Shown: positions 25,601 through 36,585 of the stretch, one piece after another
Layout: every line of letters begins with the position of its first letter
Position numbering within the stretch: the first letter of the stretch is position 1
The notes under the pieces: model-generated
Told to the model about the DNA's origin: nothing
The model's input: only the letters and a program-made list of their open reading frames with translations
The model's database searches: none
Source: Trichodelitschia bisporula
Taxonomy: Eukaryota
Length of the DNA stretch: 64,000 nt
Direction: 5' to 3'
Assembly (NCBI GenBank): GCA_010356995.1
Contig: ML996696.1
Coordinates: forward strand, 684,364-748,363
Position numbers and translations under genes: made by a program

Positions 25601-25875
25601 TCGGGAGTGTGACTCAACGGGCGTTGCATATGCTTGCGCGTCTGCAGGGGCGGAGTTTGGAGGGGAAGGGGAAGGTTGTTAGGGGGGAGGATGAGGAGGG
25701 GTTGGAGAGTGGGGGGGAGGAGGAGGAGAGGGATGGGGGGGAGGAGATGCCGCTTGGGGCGGTGCAGGGGGAGATATTGCCTAAGCGGGAGATGTTGCTT
25801 GGGGCGTTGTTGACGCCGAATATTGATCAGGGGGTGCTGAGGGAGTTGGTGCAGTTGGAGATGCTGGGGGAGTAA
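22666..25875 (+). CDS. SWI1: SWI/SNF complex ARID-domain subunit (Swi1/Sol1/ARID1-like)
   Basis: 1069-aa ORF with a Q/P/M/G-rich N-terminus, ARID domain (VAGKPVNLFALFQIIMKAKGSKRV..WPQVAQAL..LLLPWE) and C-terminal ALTHSLQSG..EVRHALD and ITTILRNLSF. Confidence 0.9.
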   Translation: MNAWPHDNLSTTNGFPDAASNIIDPTMFNTAVPFPNAPLHQTPQPQRSQTPHYPYQVNQVIPSKRPRPSDDGLAGSPRLPPTSLNNSRSQTPHQQSYPGGFPATQAPSMPYQHLQGGSTTATPSPTLQNQQFRPPPQRVQTVSPNPGFQQPVMSPPPDANGRVQTPQNMNFPMGAQMNPAMGGHMAGMPTGQMGPGQMSSQMGGQMPMGQQGQGQMGQMPPQMGQMPGQMPPQMSPGQMPQGQMPMQGHMGTPNMMTPMNQQQFYGNFNNGNPMNYAPQVQLNPGLAQRQAETQRAYQIKMMQQQQQMRQGQPMMAPQMTPTRPQGQMNPNAAAAAANQKANSEMAFLKNVSNLMQANGRPFDPNPIVAGKPVNLFALFQIIMKAKGSKRVTAVGQWPQVAQALKFDPSLAMDLKEVFDRLLLPWETAFYHNQMNQRKDGPGPQMSPTRPPQAAPPQTPQNAQQQHQMQQYINQMQQQQRMNAQMTPVQNNAALPANGWPTPQPDSHVHRKSVSRTEPAPQAFPQPSPVSAGKMPERPDATPKANGQIQAIVAEEKPSTNYLPNVFRLSETWGGVYPDRYSSIGETLAKLKPNVPNVEEMGVVDVHALTHSLQSGITGEVRHALDHLVKLSNEQRLFIELERCEDLLDTLVDCGEVQVEALTDDSAEVSDMIDFGAYEDVMRNVKMEMTQLQRLPEAGTREYFLDRAADRLIAITTILRNLSFPHSMNPQQSERNLHLLAAPTVIRFISNAIRLIGTRYNFLRSHLNTQDFMKDVVVFLSNVTDKVSLPSREDALSLLYFLLSFAPLPLPTTAKPLRFSSFNPQIHKYYPPAIDALAKLLARDDPNRAFFRYHLVEALPPAVPGAPVSARYELLTRAFAFAVAIVPDRTSPRGPATTVAEVRIAEARKPTLSQGILAADILSALVPVNEPALAREWIEGVDGWGASLYRLACVLSSQPPGGPPGRPGPRPGPPVEEGGFGSVTQRALHMLARLQGRSLEGKGKVVRGEDEEGLESGGEEEERDGGEEMPLGAVQGEILPKREMLLGALLTPNIDQGVLRELVQLEMLGE

Positions 25876-26489
25876 AGTGGGGTTTTGGTTTGGTTTGGTT
25901 TGGGGGGGGGGGGGATAATTGTTTGTTTGTAAGGGGGTTTTCTAGGGTTTGGAGGGCGGGAGGTGGGTGGATGGGTGTGGATTCGTCTCTGCTCTTCTAC
26001 CGCTTTCTTTCTTCTTTCTGCGTGTAGTTGTGATTGATGGTTGGAGGCGTCTTTTGTATAACCTCGCTGGAGGGGGAATGGGGGAAAACTGCTGGCGCGC
26101 TGCTGGCTGCTGAGTTTGACCTGTTGGCTCGATTTCCGTACAAAAGGCTGCGCTGTTTGCGATGTTTGTTACATAGGTGTGGGTGGTGTTTTGGAGTTTT
26201 GAATGCATTTGACTTGAAGTTACATCAGGACTGCTGTTTCTTGGAAAGTGAAGTCGGAGAGGGGAAAGACATCGGCCCGCGTCTCGTCACCACGGAAGGC
26301 TCACTTAGGGCCGGGTCAAGCTCAACCAACCCCACGACGCGACGCCTTCCTTCTTTGTTACATGAAGATTTGTTACATGAAGACCTCCCTCTAGGAGTGT
26401 ACATACTATCCACCACTAGGAATGGCCAGCGCTAACCCGAGGAGTGCTACATCACCATCCGTCACCCTTCTCTAGCCCTCCACCCCCTC

Positions 26490-28037
26490 CTAACCCATCC
26501 CATAACTCCTAACTCGACTCCAATAAAACGCCCGATAATTCTTCCTCCCAAACTCCGCCCAATCCTCCGTCAGTCTATTAAAACTCCAATACCCCTTCCA
26601 GACCAGCTTATTATTCCGCCCGCCACTCCGGCCCGCCGACCCCAGGCCAAAATGCATGCGGTACGTGTACCGCGGGACCACGCCCTCGGTCTCAACATGC
26701 ACATCGCCTTCCTCCTCCCTCTCCTCCCCATCCCCCTCACCCACAACCTTCTCCCCCCACGGATCCCCACTAACCCGCCACCGCCCCCTCAGCGCGTCTT
26801 TCATAACCCCGCCCTGCGCCCCTACATTCTCCCACCCAAGCAGCGGGACCACATCCGCCGGCTCCGCCGTAGTAAGCAAACTCACAACCCGCCCATCGCG
26901 CAAGAACCTTAAGTACCGGAAATACGTGACTATGAGCACGGGCTCCGTCCAGCTGAAATTGCTCCCACTGTTGCCGCCCGGCCGCGCGTAGTTTACGGCA
27001 GAGATGTAGGCGCCGCCGAAGCGGATCCGGGGGCGGGAGCGGTACATGGAGCGGTAGGTGGGGTACAGCGGGGTAAGGGGGAGCGTGGCGGCCGCATCGA
27101 CCGCCTCTGCGGCTAGCGCCGTGTCGGCTTCTGAGCCCTCGAGCGGTCCGCCCGTGACGCTGACTGCGAAGGCGTAGTGCATCCCGCGAAGGCCCCAGAT
27201 GGGACTGTGCACGAGCGCCTTCCACGCCGCGTCGTCTGCCATGACGAGGAAGGCAAGCCGACGACATGTGCTAGCCAGCCTAGGGAGGGAAGCCGGGTCC
27301 GCAGCGCCTGTGGCGCAGATGATGGCGAGGAGGAGTTCGGCGGGGAGGAGGGCGAGCGGGCATGGTGGCGGCGGGGTGTTGGGTATTACAGGCTCGGCGG
27401 GGACGATGCTCAAGTTGCTGAAGGAGGTGAGGAGGTCGGTTAGGGTGGGGGGGAGGTCGGGGGGGGGTTGGGGGGCGGAGGAGGGGGTGGTGCTGGTGGT
27501 TGTGGGTGGAGGAGGCGGTTTGGTGGGGAAGTGCTTGTTCTTATATTTCTCGTGCACGCGGGCGTCGAGCTGGACTTGTCAGATAGGAGGAGGAGTGGCA
27601 GAAGGGATACACACCCGAAACGCCCTCCGGTACAAGCTCACGCTATCCCCCAGCGAGCCCTGACTCTCCTTCTCGACCGCGCGCTCGTAATGCTCCAGCG
27701 CGGTGACGGGATCGGCTCGCTCCTCCGGACCATCCTCGTCGAGGCGCCGGCCTGATAGCGCGGTTCGAGAGTCGAGGTTGAAGTTCGGTGGGGGGGGACC
27801 GGATTCTTCGATGGTGGGCTGGGCGGAGGGAGGGGGGTTCTTGCTTGATGATGGGCCTGGGCCTGCGGGTTGGGTACTGCTCGGTGCTGAGGTTGATATT
27901 GAGGCTGAGGCTGAGGCTGAGGCTGCGGGATTGCGGTTCGAGCTGCGCGGCGCAGGAGCGGCTTGTCGCCGGGCGACTTCTTCGCGCCATTGTGCGCGGA
28001 AGCGGGCGAGTTCGGCTTCGGGGTCGGGGGGGGACAT
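26490..28037 (-). CDS. HRT3: F-box protein of the Hrt3/Pof7/FBXO9 family
   Basis: ELARFRAQWREEV, ALEHYERAVEKESQGSLGDSVSLYRRAFR|LD, F-box LPAELL, RPRIRFGGAYIS..NY.RPG, VTYFRYLRF and NKLVWKGY. Intron at ~27570-27614. Confidence 0.88.
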
Positions 28038-28713
28038 GCTGGTGGAGTTTGATGGTCGCGAGGAGGGCGGGGTTGGGGGTATAAGGGAATTTATAAGCGC
28101 GGGGTGGGTTGTGCAGGGGTGGATTAAGGTGATGACGCGGGACAAAGGAGGGCTGGGTGATAAGATGATGGGGAGGGAAAGGCGGATTTGAGGCTAATAT
28201 TGGGAGATAAATGGCAGTGTTTACGACGGATGGGAGTGCTTACCGCGTTTGCTGCACGTCGGTGGATGGATCGGTTCACCGCTCGTCGGCGGTAGATGTC
28301 CCCGGGGAAAGGGGATGGAATTGAGCGATGGGGTGAGTAGCAATTGAAGAAAGCAGAGTACAAGGAAGTATGTAGGATATTTACAGAGGAGCAATTGCAA
28401 ACAAAGTCACGATAGGTGAAGATATGGTGTTTTTGTTGTCGTTGTCGTCGTTGTCGTCGGAATGGCGGTCTTCCCCACACCCGGCGCACTATCTCCGGGC
28501 CCAGACTCCGAGGTTCGCAGGAAGAAAAAAAAGTTCACGTCATTGCCACCCATCGAGATCGACGTCCCCTCACTTTCATCCCCGTCCACTACCACCTCAA
28601 CTCCACTTCACTTCACACGCAAGCAAACACCTCCATCTCCCCTCTACCTCACCACATCCCGCCCGCAGACCATGCCCAGCAACCCGCGATAATCCCCCGC
28701 TGCACAACGCAGC

Positions 28714-30083
28714 ATGTCCTCCTCCTCCTCCGCCACCGGCCAACCCCACAACCGCGAAACCCACATCATGGCATCAGCACGCCCCCTCGCCGCCGCCGCC
28801 GTCGCCGACGCAAACCCTGACGACATCACAATCCCACAAAAGATGGCGTCTGCGGTGCTAGGCAGCGTACTGACGTCTCTCCTCGGTATGCCTCTCGTAT
28901 ACTCTCATCACGCACCCATCTAACGCACCCAGTAACCCCCCTCGACGTAGTCCGCGTCCGCCTGCAATCCCAACACCCAACACCCACCCTCCCCCGCTCC
29001 ACCCTCCCCCTATCCTCCTTCGCCAACCTCCCCCCCGACCTCGGCATCTCCTCCTGCTGCCGCGAAGTCTTCTGGGTCAACAATAACGCAGCCTACTGCG
29101 TCGCAGCACCGCACATATCCCTCGCCACGCCTGCCGCCGCTGCGCCCCTGACTACAACCCGTGCCGCGGCAGAATGCGCGGCGGAAGAAATCCAACGCCG
29201 AACCTACACCTCCACCCTCGACGGCCTCCGCAAAATCGCCCGCAACGAAGGCCTCCCTACCCTCTGGCGCGGCCTCAGTCCCACCCTCGCCATGGCCGTC
29301 CCCGCAAACGTAATCTACTTCGCCGGCTACGACTGGCTGCGCACCTCATCTACCTCTCCCCTCCGCCGCTCCCTCCCCGACGCCTATCTCCCGGTAGTAG
29401 CAGGCTCCTTCGCGCGCATCCTCGCCGCCATCGCCGTCGGGCCTATCGAAATCTTCCGCACGCGCATGCAAGCCGCGCACACGGCGCCGACGCCCGCTGG
29501 GCACTTCAGGGAGACCCTGCATGGACTGAGGATTATGGTGGCTCAACGTGGTCTGCCGAGTTTGTGGACGGGCTTGAGTTTGACGCTTTGGCGCGATGTT
29601 CCGTTCAGCGCGATTTACTGGGCTGGGTACGAGGCGCTGCGCAATGCGTTTACGGATGCGCGCGAGACGCGCCACGGCCGCTCTCGTATCTCCCGCGGTC
29701 CCGACGCGCTCCGTCTCCGCGCCCGGAGTCGCAGTCGTGAGCGCCCTGGGGCGACGCTGGTGGATTCCTTCGCAGCGGGCATGATCGCCGGCGCGGGCGC
29801 GGCGCTCGTGACTACGCCGTTCGACGTCGGCAAAACGCGTCAACAGGTTCTACGCCATGGCGCAGCTCAAGCAAAGGCAGGCGCGCCGGAGGAACTGAGC
29901 ATGCCGCGCTTCCTCGGGCACATATTCCGCGAACAGGGTCTGAGCGGACTGTTTAAGGGGTGGGCGGCGCGGTGTCTGAAGGTTGCGCCGGCGTGTGCGA
30001 TTATGATTAGTAGTTATGAGGTTGGGAAGAGGGTTGCTGCGGGGGTGAACGAGAGGGAGGATAGCCCGTGGGAGGGGGAGTAG
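28714..30083 (+). CDS. MTM1: Mitochondrial carrier of the Mtm1/SLC25A39-40 family
   Basis: QKMASAVLGSVLTSLL|VTPLDVVRVRLQ, CCREVFW insert, LWRGLSPTLAMAVPANVIYF, RDVPFSAIYW, TTPFDVGKTR and KVAPACAIMISSYE. Intron at 28886-28932. Start is 28714 or 28768. Confidence 0.92.
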
Positions 30084-31076
30084 GATAGGGAGGTGGAGGG
30101 GGAGTAGAGGGGTGAAAATGGGCTGGGAGAGGGTGGAAAGGATGAGGTATGTTGCTGATTGAGTTGCGTGTACGATATGGGCGCATTGCATGGCATTGCT
30201 GTACATACGCGCGGCGTTCATTTCGTGGGGTTTGTGTTCGGTCCTTTCGTACCGTACCTGCGGATGCTCGACGGGTTGCATGGTGTTGGGGGTTTGTATG
30301 CATATGCATTTTCGTACATAGCGGTGTTTTTACCCGCTGGAGCATAATGGGAAATCTCTACACTTGCATGCAGTGTACGATGGGCATGCATTTCGTCCGG
30401 TTACTTCCCCAGAGCCGGATGCATGGCACGATATGTCGTCGGCCGTGGCAATGCGCCATCGGCATCCCGGGTCTCGGCATCGGCGTGATGCCGGCAGGGC
30501 TTGCCCAACGACGTCAGTCTCGCTTCCGACCTCACGCTTGTCCGAATGGCTTTTCAGCGTCAAAACACCGCCCAAGCCCGTCGGTTTCGTATACTGACCG
30601 TTCTAGCGGTTGGAACGACATGGGCTCTTCCGACAACAGCCGGAGGGGTCCGAGGATATCACTCTCAACGACAATGCCATCAACACACACTCAGCCAAAG
30701 CGCGACGTCAAGATCAAGGGATTCTAATGCACCCACATCACCCCCCTTCTACCCCCCCCACTCATCGATTCATATATACGCATGTCCATATAACCGTGTA
30801 ACTAGCGACTGTACGCCCCCAATCCCTTGGGGTCCAGGTAGGCCGTAGCCCCGTCCATCAGGCCGTAGCCCTTATCCATCTCGTACGTGTAACCTCTTAG
30901 GAGCCCCAAAAAAGAAGCTCTTGCCCGGCAAAAAGGCCCAATCCCAAAAAGATGCCATGCCCCCAACACCTGGATCCAAACCCAAACCCAAACTCCAATC
31001 CCAGAAAACCCCTCTTCATCCAAGATAAACCCCACCACAATCAAACCTCCCGGCCCAAAAAAAAAAAAAAACCCAC

Positions 31077-32620
31077 CTACCTAACATCCACCCGAAAAGG
31101 TCTAAACTTCCCCCCCACAGCCCTACAAACCGGACACCCAACCCCCCGCCCCCTCCTCGCCTCCCCCGCAATAACATCCACACAAGCCGCACACAAGCCG
31201 CAAATGCACTCCGTGCACGCATAGCTCTCACCCAAGATGCTGAGCCTCTTGCACCCAGCGCAATATATCTGCACACTCCCGCCGCCGCTCCCCAGCCCCC
31301 CAATCACACCTCCGCTTCCCGTACTCGAGCTAAAGTTACTCCCGCTGCTCCCCGTCCCCACCACTCCCCCGCGGTACACGCCTTCGGGCGACTCGACCGA
31401 GGGTAGCGCACCCACGCTCGGCGGACTGGTTTTCAGCCCGGGGGGCGGTGTATGCGCAGTGTGCAGCGGCGAGGTGCCGGGTCCGCCTCCAGCGCCGGCG
31501 CTGGCAGCGGCGGGCTGCGACGTAGGGTGCAGGTGGAAGATGGGAGGGAGAGAAGCGCGGTGCGGAGACGGCGAGGGGGGAACCTAGGCCGTCCGTTAGC
31601 AAGCCCGCTACAACTAAAAAAAAAAAACCCGACGCCCTTACCGGGGTGAGGTCGCGACTGTCCTCCTCTGTCGCACTCGCCGCCGCATCAATCAGGTCCT
31701 CCCAGCGCTTCCCCATGAGAACGGCGGCGGCGGAGGGCTCAGCGCTCATGGCCTTGCGCTCGTAGGAGGCACGACGCGCGTGCAGCCCACTAGGCCCGCG
31801 AGACCGCGCGCGCTCGTGCTTGGCGCGGCGCGCGGATTGCGCCATGTTGCTGCTCTTGCGCGGGCGAGGCTTGGTTGGACCGCGGCCGCCGGGAGGGAGA
31901 GTGGAAGAGCGGTAGGGCGGGGAGCGGTCCAGCGAGCTGGGGAGGAGTGGCCGTCGGTAGGGGTCCGAGGTGGCGGTGGTGGGGTCGCTGGAGAGGTAGA
32001 GTGCATGGCGGAGGCGTGGGAGGGAGTCGGGGTCCGAGGGGAGGTCCTGTTTTTTCGTTAGATGGAAAGAGGTACGAAGCTAGAAAAAAAAAATGCTTAC
32101 GGCCTCGTCCCATGGCCGGTGGTTGTGCAACTGGGCCAGTGCCTCGGCGGCGTTGGCGGCGGGTAATAGCGAGGTGCGACGGTAGGGCGCGGCGCGCTGC
32201 ACCGGCCCGGCCGGGTAGGCGTAGTCGTCCTTGTTGTAGTAGTAGTCAGAAGGCGGGCCATTGGAGCGCGGCTGGGAATTCGGGGTCACGGCGGTGGCGG
32301 CGGCACGGTCGGCGGACGGTGGCGTCGACACCATTAGCGAGAAGGACTCTTCCGTCGCCGGGAGCTTGGGAATGTAGTGCTCGGGGTGGGCGCGACGGAT
32401 GTGCTCCTGCATCGAGCGGTAGCGCTTTTCCTAAAGAAGGGAAAAGGCTTAAGGTTAGTTTTTGGAAATTTGGGGTGATTTAGGGACATAGTAGTAGGAA
32501 GGAGCGCACCCCGATGCAGCGCTTGCGACATGCTGACCCGTCATGGTTCTTGAGCGGACAGACGACTTCGTTGGCGGCGTCGGAGACGGATAAGGAGCTG
32601 AGGGCTGATCGCGGCGGCAT
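31077..32620 (-). CDS. Conserved Pezizomycotina zinc-finger protein (N-terminal C2H2-like, C-terminal RING-like)
   Basis: Spliced reading MPPRSALSSLSVSDAANEVVCPLKNHDGSACRKRCIG|EKRYRSMQEHIRRAHPEHYIPKLPATEESF...GKRWEDLIDAAASATE...CAGC..YACTECICGLCAACVD..CPVC. Three introns (~32431-32509, ~32033-32100, ~31584-31641). Confidence 0.82.
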
Positions 32621-32736
32621 GAGCGATTGTGGGTTGCCGGCATTAAGTTTGGTAGTATGGGGTGGGCATTGAAGTTTGGTGTTGGTGGTAGCAGAGGTGG
32701 CGGTGGTGATGATGTAGTAATGGTGTTCGGGCGGCA

Positions 32737-32922
32737 GTGGTGGTGGTGGTGGTGGTGGAGGTGGTGGAGGTAGAGGTAGAGGTAGAGGTGGAGGTAGAGG
32801 TAGAGGTAGTAACGAAGGTAGAGCTGGAGGTGGTGGTGGTGGTGGTGGTGGTGGAGGTAGAGGTAGAGGTAGTAACGAAGGTAGAGCTGGAGGTGGTGGT
32901 GGTGGTGGAGGTAGAGGTGGGA
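32737..32922. repeat. Compound GGT/GTAGAG simple repeat with an internal ~60-bp tandem duplication
   Basis: (GTG)n and (GTAGAG)n tracts; the block GTAGTAACGAAGGTAGAGCTGGAGGTGGTGG occurs twice. Confidence 0.9.
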
Positions 32923-33427
32923 GCTGTGAGGAGGTTGGAAGGCGAGGAGGGGTAGATATGATGATGGAGCAAAAAGGGAAGCTATGATGGAGTGGAGAGA
33001 AGAGGGTGGAAGGCGTGGGTAAGGGCGGAGGAAGTAGCGATGGGGAGGGAACGGGGGGGTAGGGGATTGTTGGTTGTTGCGGTCACGCTGATCAGCTTTT
33101 GGTTTGCGGTGCGTCGATGCGCTTCTTTCATACTTCAGCTCGCAGTTCTCGGGTTGGCTGAGAGAGTTGGTTGGTGGGGGGTGGGGGGTGGGTTTGGAGC
33201 AAAGTGAGGGGGGAGGAGAAAGAGAGATGATGGAGGTCGAGGGAGGTGAAATGGTTGGATGGAGACAAAGACGACTCGGCAGCTGATGGGAAATGGAGGG
33301 ACGAAGAGGAAGCGAGAAAGGCGACGAGAACAGACACTCTAGGAAGAAGACGAAAGCAACAAGCTCAGCTGAGGTACAACATCAGCAAGTAAGAGAGCAG
33401 CAAATTTGGTGAGAGAGTCAGCAAGTT

Positions 33428-33478
33428 AGAGAAGAAGAAGAAGAAGAACAAGAAGAAGAAGAAGAAGAAGAAGAGAGA
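33428..33478. repeat. (AGA)n microsatellite
   Basis: Read directly from the sequence. Confidence 0.95.
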
Positions 33479-34267
33479 GCTGTAGCCCTTGCTGCTCCGA
33501 GCTTCCGAGCTTCGACTTCTCTATCCCCTTCATGCTTCCCCGCTCCTCTACTCTTCTCCATTCCTCCACTACATCCACTCCTCCGCCCTCCTGTCCCTCT
33601 CTCGCCTTTAGTGGGTGATCTTCCTCCCTACTCGCTACGCGCAACACCCCATCCGCCCACCTACCCCCCTACCTGGGCAGCTACGTATGTAGCTCTCTAC
33701 TTCGTATCCCTCTATCCCTCAGCAGCTCCAGGCCAACCAGTGGGGTGTCGCCGTTAAAGGCGCCCCTCACCCCTCCCCTAAATCTCCTGGCCAATTCCCA
33801 TCTACCCCCCCCCCCCACTCAATCCAGTCATAATTCGTCGCCAGCTCCTACAAAGCATTGCCCCTGGGCCAGGGAGAGCAGCAGAGCTCCCCACCCACCA
33901 CTCGCATCGAAGCACACACTGCGCCGGGCTGCAGCGCATCGAGGTCACGCCCGTCGATCCACGAAGCTACGTCGGTTGGGCATGAATATTGCGCCGAGGG
34001 TGAGAAGACGTGGGCGCTTCTTTGTCGCCTGGTTTTTTTGCGCAAACAGCTTCTCCCCTTTCTGTCGCATCATCTTCGTCATTGCCACTCAGGCCATTTC
34101 GATGTGTTCCTGATGCTTCCATGGCTCAATGCTTCTATAGTCAGGTCGGCGCACTCGGAACTTGTGTGAAACACTTTGGGGGGTGGTGAGGGGGAATGAG
34201 GGGTAGGTGAGGCGCTGATAAGGCTCTGATAAGGCACGTCAGAGGCGCTAAGGTGTCAATGTCAAAA

Positions 34268-34379
34268 CACGAGACGACGAGGCGACGAGGCCACAAGGCC
34301 ACAAGGCCACAAGGCGACGAGACCACGAGGCCACGACGCATTAAGGCATTAAGGCAATAAGGTACTAAGGCATTAACAG
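34268..34379. repeat. 8-bp-period tandem repeat (~14 units)
   Basis: cacgagac gacgaggc gacgaggc cacaaggc x3 gacgagac cacgaggc cacgacgc attaaggc attaaggc aataaggt actaaggc attaacag. Confidence 0.85.
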
Positions 34380-34978
34380 GCTGGGGCAGCAAGGCAGCGA
34401 GGCGGTGAGGCATCACGCTTTTCCGGCAATCCGGTTGCACAGCCATACCGCCTCGACTTTCCCATCCCACCAGCCACACCGTCTCGACTCTCCCACTCCG
34501 CGAGCCGCACCCGTCACGACCTTCCCACATCACCTGCCCACCACCGCCGTCTCGACCTCCCCCCGGCCTCGCGTCGACAAGCACTGACATCCCCGCCTTC
34601 TCTCCGACGGCGAGTTGCTGCCCTTCTCAACACCATATCTGAGTGTGTATAGGTATCACTCCACTGACTTTACAGCTTCACCCTCCCCCTTCATCCCCCG
34701 CTCCATCCGTTGCCTCAATTGCACCAAGTACGGGTTGCCAGTCTCCCGCACCCACACTCGCACCCACACCCGCACTATCACCACTTTGTCTCACCCACCA
34801 TGCCAACCGCTGCAAGCCACTCGCCTCGCGCTGCCCTCCGGCGCAGGGCAGACAGCATGGACGCCTATTTCTGTCCTTGAACTCCTCCCCCTCTTTGTTT
34901 CCTTCTGCTGTATCTTCTTCACTTCCCTCCATCCCTCCATCCCTCTCCACCACATCTCCTTACTTACCTCAATCCCCT

Positions 34979-35263
34979 NNNNNNNNNNNNNNNNNNNNNN
35001 NNNNNNNNNNNNNNNNNNNNNNNNNNNNNNNNNNNNNNNNNNNNNNNNNNNNNNNNNNNNNNNNNNNNNNNNNNNNNNNNNNNNNNNNNNNNNNNNNNNN
35101 NNNNNNNNNNNNNNNNNNNNNNNNNNNNNNNNNNNNNNNNNNNNNNNNNNNNNNNNNNNNNNNNNNNNNNNNNNNNNNNNNNNNNNNNNNNNNNNNNNNN
35201 NNNNNNNNNNNNNNNNNNNNNNNNNNNNNNNNNNNNNNNNNNNNNNNNNNNNNNNNNNNNNNN
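34979..35263. other. Assembly gap (N run)
   Basis: About 285 consecutive N. Confidence 1.
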
Positions 35264-36043
35264 CTCCTCATCTCGCAATCCCAGCCCGACCACTGCCACG
35301 AGCCCACCCTGCGCACCCTCTCCCCCTCCACGCCCCTCGCCCTCTGCGCTCCCGCCGCCGCCGCCGCTTTGAAGAGCTGGTCTATCCTCCCGGGCCGCGT
35401 CGAGGCCCTGCAGCAGTACGACCCGGCCACGCCGTCGTCCCTGCGCCGCATACCCGTCCCGGCGCTCGGGTGTGCGCATGGTGAGATCACCGTTGCGTTG
35501 ATGCTCCCGCCATGGGGCAGCTTGGACGTCAATGGCTTGCACACGGCGCTGGGGATCACGTACACCTCCCCCACCGCACCCGGCATCCAACCCGAACACA
35601 TCTCGATCCTGTACTCCCCGCACGGACTCCCCGCAGCCTCTATCGAGCCGTGGGCCAAACACGTCCTGCGGGGCGAGCGCGTCACGGTGTTATTTCACAG
35701 TTTGTCCGTTGTGGATACGCCGTGGTGGATGGGCGGGAATGTGGCGCGGGGGGTGGAGGGGGGATTGGAGGTGGCTAGGGTGGTTAGACCTAGGGTGTGG
35801 GTTGCGGCGCACGAGGGGAGGAAGCATGCGGGGGGGTTGATGGCGAGGGTGGGGGGGGTGGTGAGGAGGGGGGTTGAGGTGCAGGATGTGCGCGTGGAAG
35901 GGGTTAGGGTTTTGGGGTTGGGAGGGGGTGAGAGCGTGGTTGTTGATGCGGAGGGGGGCGTTGAGGGGGGGGAGAGGGGGTTTGGGCGCGGGGAGGAGAG
36001 GGGAGAAGGGGAGAAGGAGGCGGTGGAGAAGGGGCGTGAGTAG
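35264..36043 (+). CDS. Metallo-beta-lactamase-fold protein (fungal conserved); 5' part lost in the gap
   Basis: ISQSQPDHCHEPTL (MBL-like xxxxDH), GLHTALGITY, ILYSPHG, WWMGGNVARG and WVAAHE. Confidence 0.7.
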   Translation, partial: LLISQSQPDHCHEPTLRTLSPSTPLALCAPAAAAALKSWSILPGRVEALQQYDPATPSSLRRIPVPALGCAHGEITVALMLPPWGSLDVNGLHTALGITYTSPTAPGIQPEHISILYSPHGLPAASIEPWAKHVLRGERVTVLFHSLSVVDTPWWMGGNVARGVEGGLEVARVVRPRVWVAAHEGRKHAGGLMARVGGVVRRGVEVQDVRVEGVRVLGLGGGESVVVDAEGGVEGGERGFGRGEERGEGEKEAVEKGRE

Positions 36044-36522
36044 GGTGGTGAGGAATGGGTGGTAGTGACTTGATGGGTGGAAGCACACATGGACGGTGCT
36101 TGGCGGTTTCGATGGCTTAGTGAGTTCCATTCTACCAGCATCTTCTTCTTAGAGCGTAGAACAATGCAAGCACATCTACCCCAATACTCCGCTCGAGGCA
36201 GTACACTTCCACCGCGTGGTCTCCATGCAACGCGACTGCACCCAGCGCCCATCCTCGTCACACCCTGATCTGGCAGCGCCCGGGCGATATCGTCGCTTCA
36301 GGGCAGCGCAGCCTTATAACCGGGTAGCCACGTGTGTCTCGGCCCAATGACGTCTACCGGCCCTGCCATCCAAACCGCATCACGACCACCTCACCTGCAT
36401 CTCAACGCCTTCTCCCAGCATATCCAGGCAGCCCCCTTCCCCCACCAGGCGGGGCAAGCTCAGCACCGAGCATCGAAGGCACCCACTGCGAGAGCGCAAT
36501 CAATAATCCAGCCCAGCTGGCC

Positions 36523-36553
36523 GGCGGACGGGTATAAATCCCGCCCGTCCGCC
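36523..36553 (+). promoter_or_regulatory. TATAAA box within a perfect 10-bp inverted repeat, immediately upstream of the arrays
   Basis: GGCGGACGGG-TATAAATCCCG-CCCGTCCGCC, followed by a CT-rich tract. The promoter role is inferred. Confidence 0.5.
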
Positions 36554-36585
36554 CACCGATTCAAACTCTCCATCAGCACCAGCAC

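Noticed and set aside
32643..32972. Thr-rich ORF with a TAATG stop-start overlap
   Set aside because: It starts at TTG and is simply the translation of a simple-sequence repeat.
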